Shown here piece by piece: positions 12,801 through 25,294 of a stretch of DNA of 64,000 nucleotides. This DNA is from Tubiluchus corallicola (taxonomy: Eukaryota > Animalia > Priapulida): contig JAQGDQ010000092.1 of assembly GCA_030141605.1 (NCBI GenBank), positions 558,001-622,000 on the forward strand, given 5' to 3'. Within the stretch, counting starts at the first letter, position 1. The number at the start of each line of letters is the position of its first letter. A program made the position numbers and the translations under genes. Below the pieces are notes generated by a model. The model made no database searches. It saw only the letters and a program-made list of their open reading frames with translations, and was not told the DNA's origin.

Positions 12801-15332
12801 ATTATGAGTGTTTAGTGAATGTTACGTGATCAACGAAAATGTCGCGCTTCCTGTATCATGTGTGACCTTTAATTTAACGTAAAGTAGTTGCAAGTTTGCA
12901 GCAATTTTAAACGTAGATGTTGTGAGATTTATGCGCTTTAGTTCTGCTTATTATGACCGCGTAAACAATACACGTAATTAATAATGAAATAATACACGTA
13001 ATTAGGGAAAGTGAACGTCTATTTATTTCTCTTACTTTGCACATAACAGTCTTGAGTCTTGAAGAGCTGGTGGGCCGCATTTCAGTGTCGTGATATTTAG
13101 TTAATCTCAATGCAACATGTTTGCAATTTGTCATAATTTAAAAAATAACACTTGTAACAGACGATGATCATTCTGATCAGGTTGTTCTCCCAATTTGTCT
13201 GACAGGCAGATCAGTAGCAGATATGTATGTGTAGAGGTGCAAGTGAGTGTACTGTATCGTGAATGGACCTGGTCAGTTTTTCACGTTTTGCCTGGGTCAG
13301 TGGTCACCAAGTCTTGTTACCCGAGTTAAATTGTAAACATAGAGGAAACGTGTTTTTGCTTTAAGTTGTGTTATAATTAATTAACTATGCCTGGATCACC
13401 CAGTTCCAATTCTGTGTTGTACTCAAGATAGTATTGCCTGACTTCTGTAAATCGCCTGTTAGTACAGCAAGTTGTGCATGATAAAAAGCTAGCTGGAAGC
13501 GCATTATCTGTAGGCTGTAATTTTTAAAGAAAAAAGACAGTAGATTTGTGAGTGGTCAGCCTGGTGATATTATCAGACTGTGGCCATTAGATGAGGATAC
13601 TAACTTATGGTGGATATTTTATTATAAGTGCCTTATGGTGGAGCTCGTGCAAGGTATTAGTTTGAACCTGTGTGTATGCTGAAGTATTCATCCAAACAGA
13701 AAAACCGATAATTCACTCCTGTCAGGTTACTCCTTTCAGGATAATATGCAGCTGCAGCTTCTCGTTTGGAAGGGTTAGCTCTCGTCAGTTCCGAATTGCC
13801 ATTAGTATGTCGATCGACTTACTTTTGTATTTAGCTCATTTATTACCCTCCGTTTACATTTGTTCCAAAATAAATTTTGCTTCCAAAAACAAACAGCATT
13901 TGTAAAGTGTAATGTTAACGTAACGTTACTTGAGCAAACCTATAAATTTGACATTCTCCATTGCCAATAGTGAGGTTATAGATACTGAGGATGGTAAGGT
14001 TTATGAAATTTGATGGTAATAATAAAAATGAAGGCAGTGTGCTTTTGAAGTCACTCACTCTGCATCTGGAATCTCAACAACCATTGTCTTAATACGCACG
14101 ACCTCAGCACTGTTAGTCCACGTAGTGCCTCGCTGAATTTGTAGGCTGTCAGTAGCGTAGCTTTATACACATACATGTACGTCATATGGACAAGTTTAGA
14201 ACAACACTAAACAGATTGGCTCTGGGCAGCGTTAACGGTATTGTTTACATAAACTCGGATGTAAACATGATGGCTAAAGGAAATGAGATGGTGGGTAATT
14301 TTTTGGTGGGTGAACTAGCCCAACTGATGATTTTCGGCTGGCTTATTTTCATGTGTGTTTTATTGTGGCTTTGTAGGACTTTTTACATTAAGAAAACATT
14401 AACCGATTTTTTGCTTCTAATTCCAAAATGTTTTTGAAAAATATAAGGGATATACAAAGTAGCGCAAATTACATAATAGGGGTTGTCGAGATACAAAATA
14501 GACAAGAATGCCAGAAAGCGATTTTTATATTTGTGTGCAACATTTTATTAAAATTTATTCCTCGACGATTTATTTCTGGGAATATGGGATTTAAGCACTG
14601 AAAACAGCTTGTTTGCTATGTCTTCGAAGCCTATATTTAGGCTCTTCTCTAACTCAAAATACTAACTTTAGGGCAAACTCATTCCCAGACTCAATCCAAC
14701 GCGATAGTCGCTCAGCCTGTCGACTTTCACATGCTGTTTTCAAATTTATATCTCTGAAGCCAGTTTTCACGGGTGGGTGGCTCCAAACAAACGGACAAAG
14801 ATCTTCACTTTGCACTGCAACCTTCAATCATTAATAATTTTGTATTTACGGGTTGATAACTTGCTGTTACGAACCTCCTGCTGATAGGCGGGAGTAGCCC
14901 TCGGAAGATTTTGTGACGAAGATCTAGGGGCTATTTCTGCTAGGATTTTTGTTGTAGATTTTCAGGATTTGTTTTTGTCTGACCGGGCTTATTTTCCGTC
15001 GCGGCGAAACACTGTAGACCGAACAAACTGTGCGTTTTATTTCTGACAGTGCTTTTTATGCTTTGCAGTTGAACTTATTACTCAACACTGGCCTTGTATA
15101 TTTTATTTTATAAGGTTTGCAGTTTTAAACAGATTAAACCAATTCTTTGTTGGCTTCATACTTGACGTATTACAGACGCATTTCTGTTAAGTGGTAGAGC
15201 GTTGATGGAAACGAGCAGAGTTTTACATTATCCATTAATGCCACGTCTTTCGAGAAAAGTTAAACAAGTTTTGAATTTTGTTCGTTGTTCGTAACTTAGT
15301 TGAAACTTGAAGGCGCCGTGGTCACTATTGCG

Positions 15333-15773
15333 ATGACTTCCGAAACTAAAAATTGCAACGATCTTGTTATGAAAGAGAATATCTTGGGAGCGTCCAAAAA
15401 AGAGTGTCACGAGCCATTGTTTTTAACCAGTGAGAGTTCAGTGTACCCTTCTCAGCGCAAAAATATTAGCGAAGAGCAATTTCAAAATGTTGTCACTCAT
15501 GAAATTGGTAGCACTGTCCAAGTGGCTATGAGACAGAAGCCGCCGGTGGTAAACATCGTAAAAACTGATAGTTTAGACAGTGCACTAGCTGGTTGTTCGT
15601 TAGAAAATAACGGACAGCGTAGCCCTTATGACGTCACTAACAGTGGTCATCCTCTCCTGGAGAAACGTTGCAGCAAGGAACTCGCGGACGTGTGTGATTG
15701 CGATGATTGCTTTTTGGGTATAACTGATCAACAGGTCCTGGTGAAAGCGTCACATAGAGGAAGTGTGCGCTCG
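15333..15773 (+). CDS. ITPK alternative first coding exon B (147 aa, contains CDCDDCFLG)
   Basis: ATG at 15333, ORF with coding-like composition, donor TCG|GTAAGC in phase 0. Confidence 0.7.
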
Positions 15774-18700
15774 GTAAGCCTAAATCATTAAGTATATATG
15801 AATGTAATCAAACCATCAGGCTTGTGTTTTCAATAATTTATGTTGTTAAGCACGAATTCACATTTTCAGTGGTTACTAGGGTTATTGCGCGTTGCTCCTA
15901 CCTTGGCTTCTACTGTCCATTTGCTGTAGAGAGTGAAGCACTGTTTAAGATCATTTATTTCAGCACTGTAAACTAATAAACGATTATGAATCCCTTGACA
16001 ATCAGTTATACAACTGTGTCGCTTATTTTTTGCATTACTGATTCAATGTGTGGCTTCACATTGGTACAGTCTTGCACTAGTAACAGTTTTGCCACTTTCT
16101 ACAACATGGACTTTCTGCAATTCCTAAACGAAGTTATTATTCTCTACATTTCTATACCATTAAAGATCGGACGGCATGTTGTGCTATGAATAGGGTCTAC
16201 GTTTGAAGTAATACTGTAAAATTTATTGGATTATATAATATATAAAATGTAACATAGTGCGAAGAACTGTCAAATCAGACACGCAGTAAGGACAATAGAT
16301 TATTTCGTCGCGAATGATATTTAATTTTGTGTAACAGAGCGCATTTGCTAAATAAAAAGCAGAATATGTCCCGAGTCAACCCTAGATTGAGAATGAAGCT
16401 GTCAGAAATGTAGCCCAGGTTTCATCGCATATTTGTGTGAAATATTGTTTGAAGCTTATTACAAAATTAATTGATGTTAACCTAGAAAGTAAATGTGGCG
16501 TATGTGAAGCCGCAATGATTCCTAGGTTGCGGCGTCTAAAGTTTCTGTTTTGCAAAGGCGTCTGCCTTCTGACTCCTGGTTAACTAGTTATAGTGAGCGT
16601 GGAAATTCCAAAAAATATGTTTTTAGATTTCTTGCCTTCATCTTCCTCTGGACATTCGGTTTGATTACAACCGTAGTAGTCGTTCAACGACAACGGTAAT
16701 CTGCTTCCATTAAACTTTCAATTTCTGCCACTTTGAAGAGCGCTTGATATTACCTGTTGAAGTCAAAGTTTCAATAAATCTAGGCCGTCCATGTCGTTTT
16801 CAAAACACTGCTATTCTCGAGTTTGTCAGTGTCGAAGGACCGTGTGCATACCAAGCATGACAGTGAAATTTGAATGTCACTCGGGTGTGACGATATCAAG
16901 CTCTCATGGTCGTCATTCATGAAATGAACAGCCAATAAGAATGCGCGCAGGTGACGGCTTTTCTTGCGGGTACGTAAACGGCGAACTGTCGCTGAAAACA
17001 ATGAATTACCGTACATGTACTAACAAAAAACAACTACAATTTTAATATTTTGTAGGTGCATAAGTGCAAAAATTTCCGTGGGTGACCTAAGGTTATTAGA
17101 CTTGTACAGGGAACTAACTGTACAGGAACTTTCGCTCCTACTGCGGCGATTAACCTGTGAAAGCGCAGTTTGGTACCTTTACAGTCTACTCTGATTATTT
17201 AGAGGTAGATTGGTCAATTACTACAGATATATAATTATACAGATTAAAATATCTGTTTCGAAGTAGCTGAACTGGGTACCTAAAACAAATTTCTGAAGAG
17301 TATCAAAAAATTTTAAATTGCGACAGTTTTGTCTTCCTTATTTGTTTTTTACAAGTGCACATTTGATATCAAATTTTACCGAATTTGCTAATGCTCTAGC
17401 TAAAAGCTATACATTTACATCAAATTATCATGCTGCGTGAAGACTGATTGATCAAATTTGATTTAGCTTCGGATCATCCCTAGCATCAGATCCACGTAAT
17501 TGGAACATGTCCTTAACGTCGCAACTATAAATGCAATATTCAACATCCAGGCTGAATACACTTGTGTCTAGTTAGCGCCACCCTCTTACTGTGTTTATCG
17601 TAGGCCACGAATCAGAAAAACCGCTTTATGCCAACCACTTCGACATAATTAGAGAAATAGTAAAGGCACGTGTTGCACTGGTAATTCACCAAAACTAAAT
17701 TTTGTCTTGACCACGAATCTTGTGAAAAATCGCAAAAAAACTAAATGCGTTCTCACAGAGTTTATTTGGTGACTCCAGGCCACAGACTGTTTTGTCAAGT
17801 CTGTTTGAGATTTTAATCATTCTAAAATCAGTTTTGATCATTCTGGCGTAGTATAGGATTCGAGCCACGCGGAAATGCGTTGGCAGGACTAAAAAATAAT
17901 TGAAATACAGTAGTGATAAACCAATATTATGATAATAAGAATGTCTCCGGGTCGCGATGACAGTCAGGTTGTCTAAAGGTTATTATCCAAAACACATATG
18001 TGCAGAGAAATTCAAGATGTTCTGTGAGTCTGGAGAATTTGTTTGGTTTGACTAATTAATGACCTTAGAAGGACACTTGTATACATAAGGATGTTGCAGT
18101 ATATTGCCGATTATCTATGGTCCAACATCATTGACCTAAAACTACATTTACCTTGCTCTTGTGTAACGCATTCCATTGTTGCATTGTAAGACAATGTGAG
18201 CAAAATGCAAAACACTCCCGGCTCCCTGATCATGATCTTATTTCAGAGGGGAAACAAAGGTCATCTCCACAGCATCACAAATGTGCTGGATTCTATGCGA
18301 TGATGCAGTTTGTCAATTCAAATAGCAAGTGCATTTGCATGGTTTTAGTTTTGTTGATGACTTAAGTAATAGCGTCAAGAAAAAATTGCTATAATTACTC
18401 ATGACTGCTATAATTACAGCTGAATTATTGATTACTGATTACTGATTACAAAATTTTTTGCGTCGGTTGTGAAACGTACCCGAAACTGCGCAAAGATAGT
18501 CCCAATCATGAAGATGCACATTTGAATTGAAACCAAGATTCGCGCTTTCATAAACATTTATCGCTAAATGGCTCAGTTTTCCAAGTAATTTTAAGGTCGG
18601 CAGTAAATTATAAAAAGAGGCTTTTTATTTATTTTTCATCTTGTCTAAGTCATTACTCAAATTCTTTCGAAAAGATGTCTTACTTTCTACTTGAAACACT

Positions 18701-20196
18701 CAATGTGAGAAATTTATGAACTTTCCTTTACAGCATAGGCATTACAAGTTGGAATGATATACAGTACTATAAAGAGTATTTTAAGTTGTAACACGCTATC
18801 GACACAATAATATTATTTTATAAAAAGTAAAAAACCTTTCAAACCACATTTTCCACTATATTTTTTTCTACTTTAGTTCTTCAGTAAATGCATTTGAATA
18901 ATATATGGAACAGCTTTAGACGCCACTGAGTGATAAGGCAAAGGATTTTCTGCATTGTAAATAAATGCATTGGGGGCGAGGGCAGATCCAGTACGCTAAC
19001 TCTGTTAATTTTATTAGGCATCTGTGGGTCTAATCGTTCCTTTTTCATTTGACAACGTACCAGCCAGTGCCCTACATGATATTAAAAATTATCTAAACTA
19101 TGACAGATACCTGCCACCACTTATGACGATTGTATGTGTATTTTTTTCACATAAATTGATATGAATTTTTGCAGTAACTTCTGTGTGACAACTATAAAAA
19201 CACGTTTTGCTTATAACCCTTAACTGCTAATGTTAATTATGCTTTTGCTGAGTCTGATAGAAACAGACGTTTACACATCTGTTGAAACTCATAGTTGATA
19301 GGTTTTAGTTTGGAAGTTATTGTTAAAAGCCTTAAGCACTCACACTCTAAGCTTATACCCTAATCAATACTGAATCCCGTCAGTCAGTCTGTTTTGCTTC
19401 TTCAATCTTTTCTTCTATTATTAAGCAGGTTAACTGTTATCCAAAAACAAAAAAAACGTCAAACATCGATATAAAATCTTAGCTAACACAAAAAAATGAG
19501 ATTTAGGATGAGAGAATATGATTCTGAATTAGGAAGCATTAGTAATCTAGCTAATGTTTGTGTTAGTTATTTTGGAGATTTGTTTTGTTTAATTCTTATT
19601 TTATAGGTAATTCTGGTTACTATGACAGAAAATGAGCGCGGGGTATGCTTGAAAGCGTATCAAACTAAAGATGCAAATTTTTGTTCTTTCACCAACAATT
19701 GGTGTTTTTATTTTTGGTCAGACGTCGATTAATAAAAGTTTGTTTGAAGTGAATCTGTTATCATTGGAGAAAAGTTGTATATCGCTATCGCATAAGTTAC
19801 TTTTTTAATTCTGTGCAGAATCTTGATTAGGACCATAATGCGGAAATTATTACTTTTCGATATTTTGAACTTTTGGATTGTTTTTAGATACTTTTTCCTT
19901 CCAGCTAATCGATATCAGCTGTCTCTTCATACGTTTCAGAATGTCTCCTCCCAGAGCTAACTTATCACTTTACTCACCCATAATTCGAATATTTTGCTCT
20001 GATAAGCTTCAATAGCCCAAGAAAATTCGTTTTTTGTCTTTTATGATTTCGGGTAAAACTAAATTTATTTTTCCGAAGAATGTATATATAGGCGTCGATT
20101 TTCTCGGTGGTTTAGTAGGCGTCTATCGTCCATATCGAAGGTATCGCACTACATTTTGTAAAGTTTGTGCTTTTGAGAGAGGGTCTTGTGATCAAG

Positions 20197-20535
20197 ATGA
20201 TAGAGCAAGAGACGTCTTACTATATTCAGAACGAATCTGTCACCGCCGTCGTACGACTGCCTCCCAAGAAGTTGAAGTCCTGTCTGAAGAAAAAGCTTGT
20301 CAACGTGGAGACGTCGGCATCTGCTGACGTTGTCGTACCTTTGCCGCGAAGGATCACATCTCCTCGTGGCAGCATAGACCTGACGCGGCGGCGACCGAGT
20401 GACACTACTTCTAACTACATCTCTAAGTTCTACTGGGACAAAGCTCGACGAAACAGCTCCACAGGAACGTCCGATTCTGAAACGAATTGTGATGACCCAG
20501 AAGCAACGTCCATCTCCACCTCTCATTCACCATAA
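20197..20535 (+). CDS. Nested single-exon ORF (112 aa, basic/Ser-rich, LKSCLKK, RRPS/RRNS) inside the ITPK 5' region
   Basis: GC-elevated, protein-like ORF with aagATG start and its own TAA. No convincing splice donor was found. Confidence 0.5.
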   Translation: MIEQETSYYIQNESVTAVVRLPPKKLKSCLKKKLVNVETSASADVVVPLPRRITSPRGSIDLTRRRPSDTTSNYISKFYWDKARRNSSTGTSDSETNCDDPEATSISTSHSP

Positions 20536-21936
20536 GACCGACTTATCGCACTTGGCATGGACATTTTTCTTACTTCACGTGACATGTAATAACAACGGAA
20601 TTGCAGTACAGCTTGTGTGGTAATGATAATATTTGTAGTTGTTGATGTAGATGCGACGTTTTTATGCAGTCGCTGATATATAAAATTTTGTTTTTATTTT
20701 TAACCTTATAGGATCTTGCCATTGCATTTCGTGTGAAGTACTTGTAAAACAATGCATATTCAATCTGCTAATTCGGTATTTCAGTCAACTCAGTATTAAG
20801 CTGTGACCATACTAATTAATAACTACTTACAATTATTAGGGTGCCCAATGCTGAATGGCGTCAGGGATGTGTAAATATTGGTATGTCGAATTTTTTATGG
20901 CGTTCTCAAGCTGTGTATATGATAATTTTTGTGTGTATTTCTTATCCTTCTTATAAGAACCTAGATAAGACCCACCAGAGACTATTTTACAGACCATTAT
21001 GGTGACCTACATCTATAATCTCGATCTTAATCTGTAGAGAAATGCTTTTTTCCTGCCTATCGAACGAAGAACATTGTGAATCACTTAACAAACTGTACCA
21101 GTTTTGGAACTAAGTAAGAGCTCTGCATTCTGACAAGAACGAACCTCTTAGCCGTCTTAATCTATCGGGTGTTGATTTTAGCGCATTCCTTTGGCCGTCC
21201 GCAGAACGGAGATTTCGCTTGTGCTATTGGCTTCTTTGCTGCTGTTATATACATCAAGATACCGTGGACTTAAACAGAGTGAGTGGTCACCACATTTATA
21301 CTTTAGTTGATTGGACATTTGCTGCATAAAACCAGCTGATAGTAAATTGATGTTTTCAAGGAACTAGCCATTAGCTGTTTACACAGCCTTAGCTAGATTT
21401 TGTGTACACCAAGCTATTTATACTGTGTATTACAGGAGATGAAATTGACGTAGTTTGGTTGCTACTTTGTTCGAGAGCATGGACTCCTGTTTGAACACCA
21501 GTAACCGTTGGCCTGTTATTGATACACGGTTATGATTACAGGATATGTTCCTGATATCGTATAAGATGGTTATTCCTTTCATGTATGGGATAAAGCACAT
21601 TTGTTTTAGCATTTGGAATGGAACAGTAAATTATTCCTTATTATGTGGTCACGAAGCACGGAAACAGTTAGTGTGGGTCTTGTTGTAGAAGTGTATTGAC
21701 TCGCATTTGTGCTGTTACGTACAATATTATTATCTTGTTGCTAGAGCAATTATACTGTGTATTTAACCGGATTGCTGTTATGGAGATTTGAAGCCAAAAC
21801 ATCAAACCGTGGAGTGAAATGCAATCATAGCAATTCATAGGAGTTCTTGTGGATCACACATCTTTAAGACTGTACTTAAGAAAGTATTGTACGACTTTTT
21901 CTTCTGGAGTTAACCGAATTAATTCCTTGAAAGCCC

Positions 21937-22029
21937 ATTTTTAGTGGACGGGCGATTCTGGATTATCTCCTTATATGATTAGTGGATATTTTTAGTGGAC
22001 GGGCGATTCTGGATCATCTCCTTAGATGA
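21937..22029. repeat. Tandem duplication, 2 x ~51 bp, upstream of alternative exon C
   Basis: ATTTTTAGTGGACGGGCGATTCTGGATxATCTCCTTA occurs twice. Confidence 0.85.
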
Positions 22030-22128
22030 GTCTTTGACTTCCTGGCCTATCTTCTTTTCTGGACAGTTTGCACTTGTGTTTATAACACTTAATTAGTACT
22101 TTGGAAAGTCCTTGGGCGACTCCAGTTT

Positions 22129-22527
22129 ATGATGACAAATCGGACTGACATTGTTGAATCGACTGACACTGTGCAATCAGATGTCTCAGCACTGGTCATG
22201 TTGCCTGCAGTTGCAAAACGGCGGTCTGGTTCAGTTGATGCGCCCAATCCAAACCTTTTTGCGCAAAAGAATGGTATGGACAAGTTGACACCACTGCCTT
22301 CATCACTACGGAAAGGAACCGAGTGTGAGGTTAAAGTACTGAGGCCACGCAAGATCTCTCAACCACGTACACACGTAACTGCGGTCAAGGTAGTAGCTGA
22401 AGATGTTGATGGTGACCGCGTTGGTGTAGATTGGCAGGATGACTGGAGTGACGATTCTGACTGGGAGGTGGAAGCAAATGTGGTAGTGCGAAAAGTTTCA
22501 TTTCTGCCACCTCCTATACCTAAGAAG
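22129..22527 (+). CDS. ITPK alternative first coding exon C (133 aa; acidic W/D patch, RKVSF, PPPIPKK)
   Basis: ATG-initiated ORF with coding-like composition and donor AAG|GTTGGT in phase 0. It is the closest such exon to the shared acceptor at 25295. Confidence 0.7.
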
Positions 22528-23041
22528 GTTGGTGCAGTATCAGAGTTTCTTGACTTTCATCAAAATGTTGCTGACAAGCTTTGAGATGAAATTTAAAGTT
22601 GAATTTTTTCATTGTATTTAAAGTCATATGATTAGAAAATGCCTGATGAATTGGAAATCTGCTAGACCTGTTAATTTTAATTATTGTTGTCTTTGTGGTG
22701 TAAAAATTACAAATATATTGCCAGTCGTTTTTTTATTCTACTACAAAAATTGTTGGATTAAAAATCATTTTTAAAAATCATAAGACGTTACATATTGGAT
22801 CTGAATCTAGATCTAGACGTAATCAAAACGTCAGCATCAGTTTTTGGTTTTAAAATTTTTGAATCATGAAAATGAAAGCTGAACATTGAGATTGTTTTAT
22901 ATTCGTATCAGCTGTTTCATTTTTTGTAGCGTTTTCTTGTTAGAACTTACGTTAGAATCATAGTATATTACCAATTATGAAATTGAATAATGTTGTAGTC
23001 AATAAAAATTTGAAATTACTGAGTTAATCAGATAAAAACTT

Positions 23042-23120
23042 TTAAGGAGTTTATTAACAACTAGTATAGCTAGACTAGCCTTAAGGAGTTTATTAACAAC
23101 TAGTATAGCTAGACTAGCCA
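23042..23120. repeat. Tandem duplication, 2 x 39 bp
   Basis: TTAAGGAGTTTATTAACAACTAGTATAGCTAGACTAGCC occurs twice. Confidence 0.9.
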
Positions 23121-23274
23121 ATACAACGAGAATTAAAAATGAGTGAGCTAAGTTATCACCAAGTGCGCAGTGTACTAAAAAAGCTAAATTTTTGATTTTA
23201 GTGGAATCACTACTGGAAAATGCAGTTGACCACAATTAATCAACTATGCAATTTAATTGTTTGATCTTACATAT

Positions 23275-23739
23275 AAACAAATGTTCATTTTCACGACATC
23301 TAAAAACAAAAAATTTTTACCAGAATGTAGAAGTAACTTAGAAGTACATTTATGTAGATGATAACCAAATATTGTTTGATATCTACAGATAATTTACCAA
23401 TTTAACTTACAGTCTTCGTATCTTTATTAGTATGAAACTATTTTACCAGACCATAAACTAAACATTGTTAGTTGTAATACAACTGCCGGTTGCAGAGCCA
23501 GACCAGTTCCAGGAGCAGGCCCTGGTTCTGAAATTGACTGTTCTGTTACAAATAACAATGTTTTGTTTGTGGACTGGTAAAATACTAATGAAGAAGTGTA
23601 GTTTGTAAGTTAAATTGTCGAAGTATCTGTATATGTCAATTAATATTTGGCTATTACTTATTGAATTGTACTACGCATGTTGTTCCTACATTCTGGTAAA
23701 AGTTTTTTTAGATGCCTTAAAAGTGAACAGTAATTGTTT
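23275..23739. repeat. Long imperfect inverted repeat (fold-back element, ~220-bp arms)
   Basis: For example TTTTACCAGAATGTAG (23315) pairs with CTACATTCTGGTAAAA (23686). Further colinear matches run in toward a centre near 23510. Confidence 0.85.
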
Positions 23740-25294
23740 GATACTGGTTGGCAATAACATTTTATTTTGAAGAAGTTATACTTATTTGCCAAATATATAC
23801 AATTCTAAACATACATCTACACGTTAAATGTTAGTCGCATATTATGTAGAAAATCCAATGTTAGGTATTAATATAACAATTTACAACATATGGCACTATA
23901 GACCCAAAACGCAAGCTTACATCAGACCACCAGTATTAGACAAACCAGTATTAGTAATGAATCAGTACAGCAGTACTGACTGAAGTTTTTGGAATACCTG
24001 GAAACTATGATAATTGAAGGGGAAGATTGACTTCACTTATAAGAAGGCATACACAAAATGAGTGATTAAGTGAATGATTAGGAAAAAGTTAATGATAAAT
24101 ATGTGACAATGAGGCTGCAGTTTCTTATGATGTACTTGGATTACAACAAGGTTTTCTTTGTACACCATTCATCGCGGCTTGTTTATTACGAGATATCTAT
24201 ATATTGTCTATTATAGTATCCTTGAGAGTCGACACTGAGGCGTGCAATTTTGAGAATCCAACTCTTTTTGAATGTGTTGTAGTTACACTATCACTTTGGT
24301 CATAATTTATTTTGCTGATTTCGGTAGGTTTAAATCTTCAGTTGATTTAATTGATTGATTGCATATTTAACCTAAGACAGCTGTTTAAGATAGCCTTGGA
24401 CCTAAGTGCGACTAGGAAATGGTGTAAGACAATAAGGTCTACCAACAGTTTAAAAGCTTAAATCTGTGACCGAAATAGAGTAACACTGAGCTTTGTCAGT
24501 AAGTGGATAGTTGACTACCATGATGACTAGGATGATACATCTGCCGTTTTGCATCCAGCTATTTATTTTGAAGGGAGAGATGTATATGTATCTGAATGTA
24601 CAGCTATGACACCTTTATCGGTTGTGGGTCTTACTATTAATACTAGTAGATTATCATTGATAATAAGTCAAGTTCTGGCCCAACGCAACCATCTACATGA
24701 CTTTTCTATGCTGTACATCTTTCTTCGTTCACCCCTCAAGGACGGTTAATATGTAATTTCAGTCTGACATATTTTATAAATATGCTGAAGGAAATCTGTG
24801 GGGATTTTTTAATGCTTTCATTTTTAGGCCAAGCGTGGTTGCTTTGGATTAATGATATAAATAAAAAAAATGTGCACTGAACGCTTGAAAAATTACTACA
24901 TAAATTTTTGAAAGCCCTTGTTTGACAACTTATGACGATGCAGACTCCATGCATATTTTAAACAAAATCTTTGACGAGTGAAAACGTGCCTTAGTTTGGC
25001 ATTTCAGTGATTTGGAATTCTGAGGTTAGAGTATACTAGAAATTTGCCAGGAAATCTAGTCCATACTAACACCTGACTGGTCTAGTTACCCATTGATGTA
25101 CCGTCTGAATCTAGAGTCACTACCTGCACTGTTATGTTGGCTGGTGCTTTTGAAAAACTGTGTCATATCAATCATCGGTCTCATGACTTGTTCCACAATG
25201 ACATCTGGTACATTTATGAAAGCTGCCATATCTGCGCATAGCCACAACCAAATTTTTAAGCTAAGCCGCTTTAGTTTTCTAATTGTTTTTCCAG

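Noticed and set aside
13991-13999. ATG|GTAAGG Met-only first exon for ITPK
   Set aside because: It is phase-compatible but too short to distinguish from chance without transcript data.
20149-20526. Minus-strand 125-aa ORF
   Set aside because: It is probably the antisense shadow of the + strand ORF at 20197 and has no recognisable motifs.
20533-20590. Stop-codon readthrough linking the nested ORF to ITPK
   Set aside because: The TAA-G context is unfavourable, and another in-frame TAA follows before any usable donor.
24216-24224. Additional GTATCCTT U12-like donor
   Set aside because: No adjacent exon or matching branch site was found, so it is likely a chance match.
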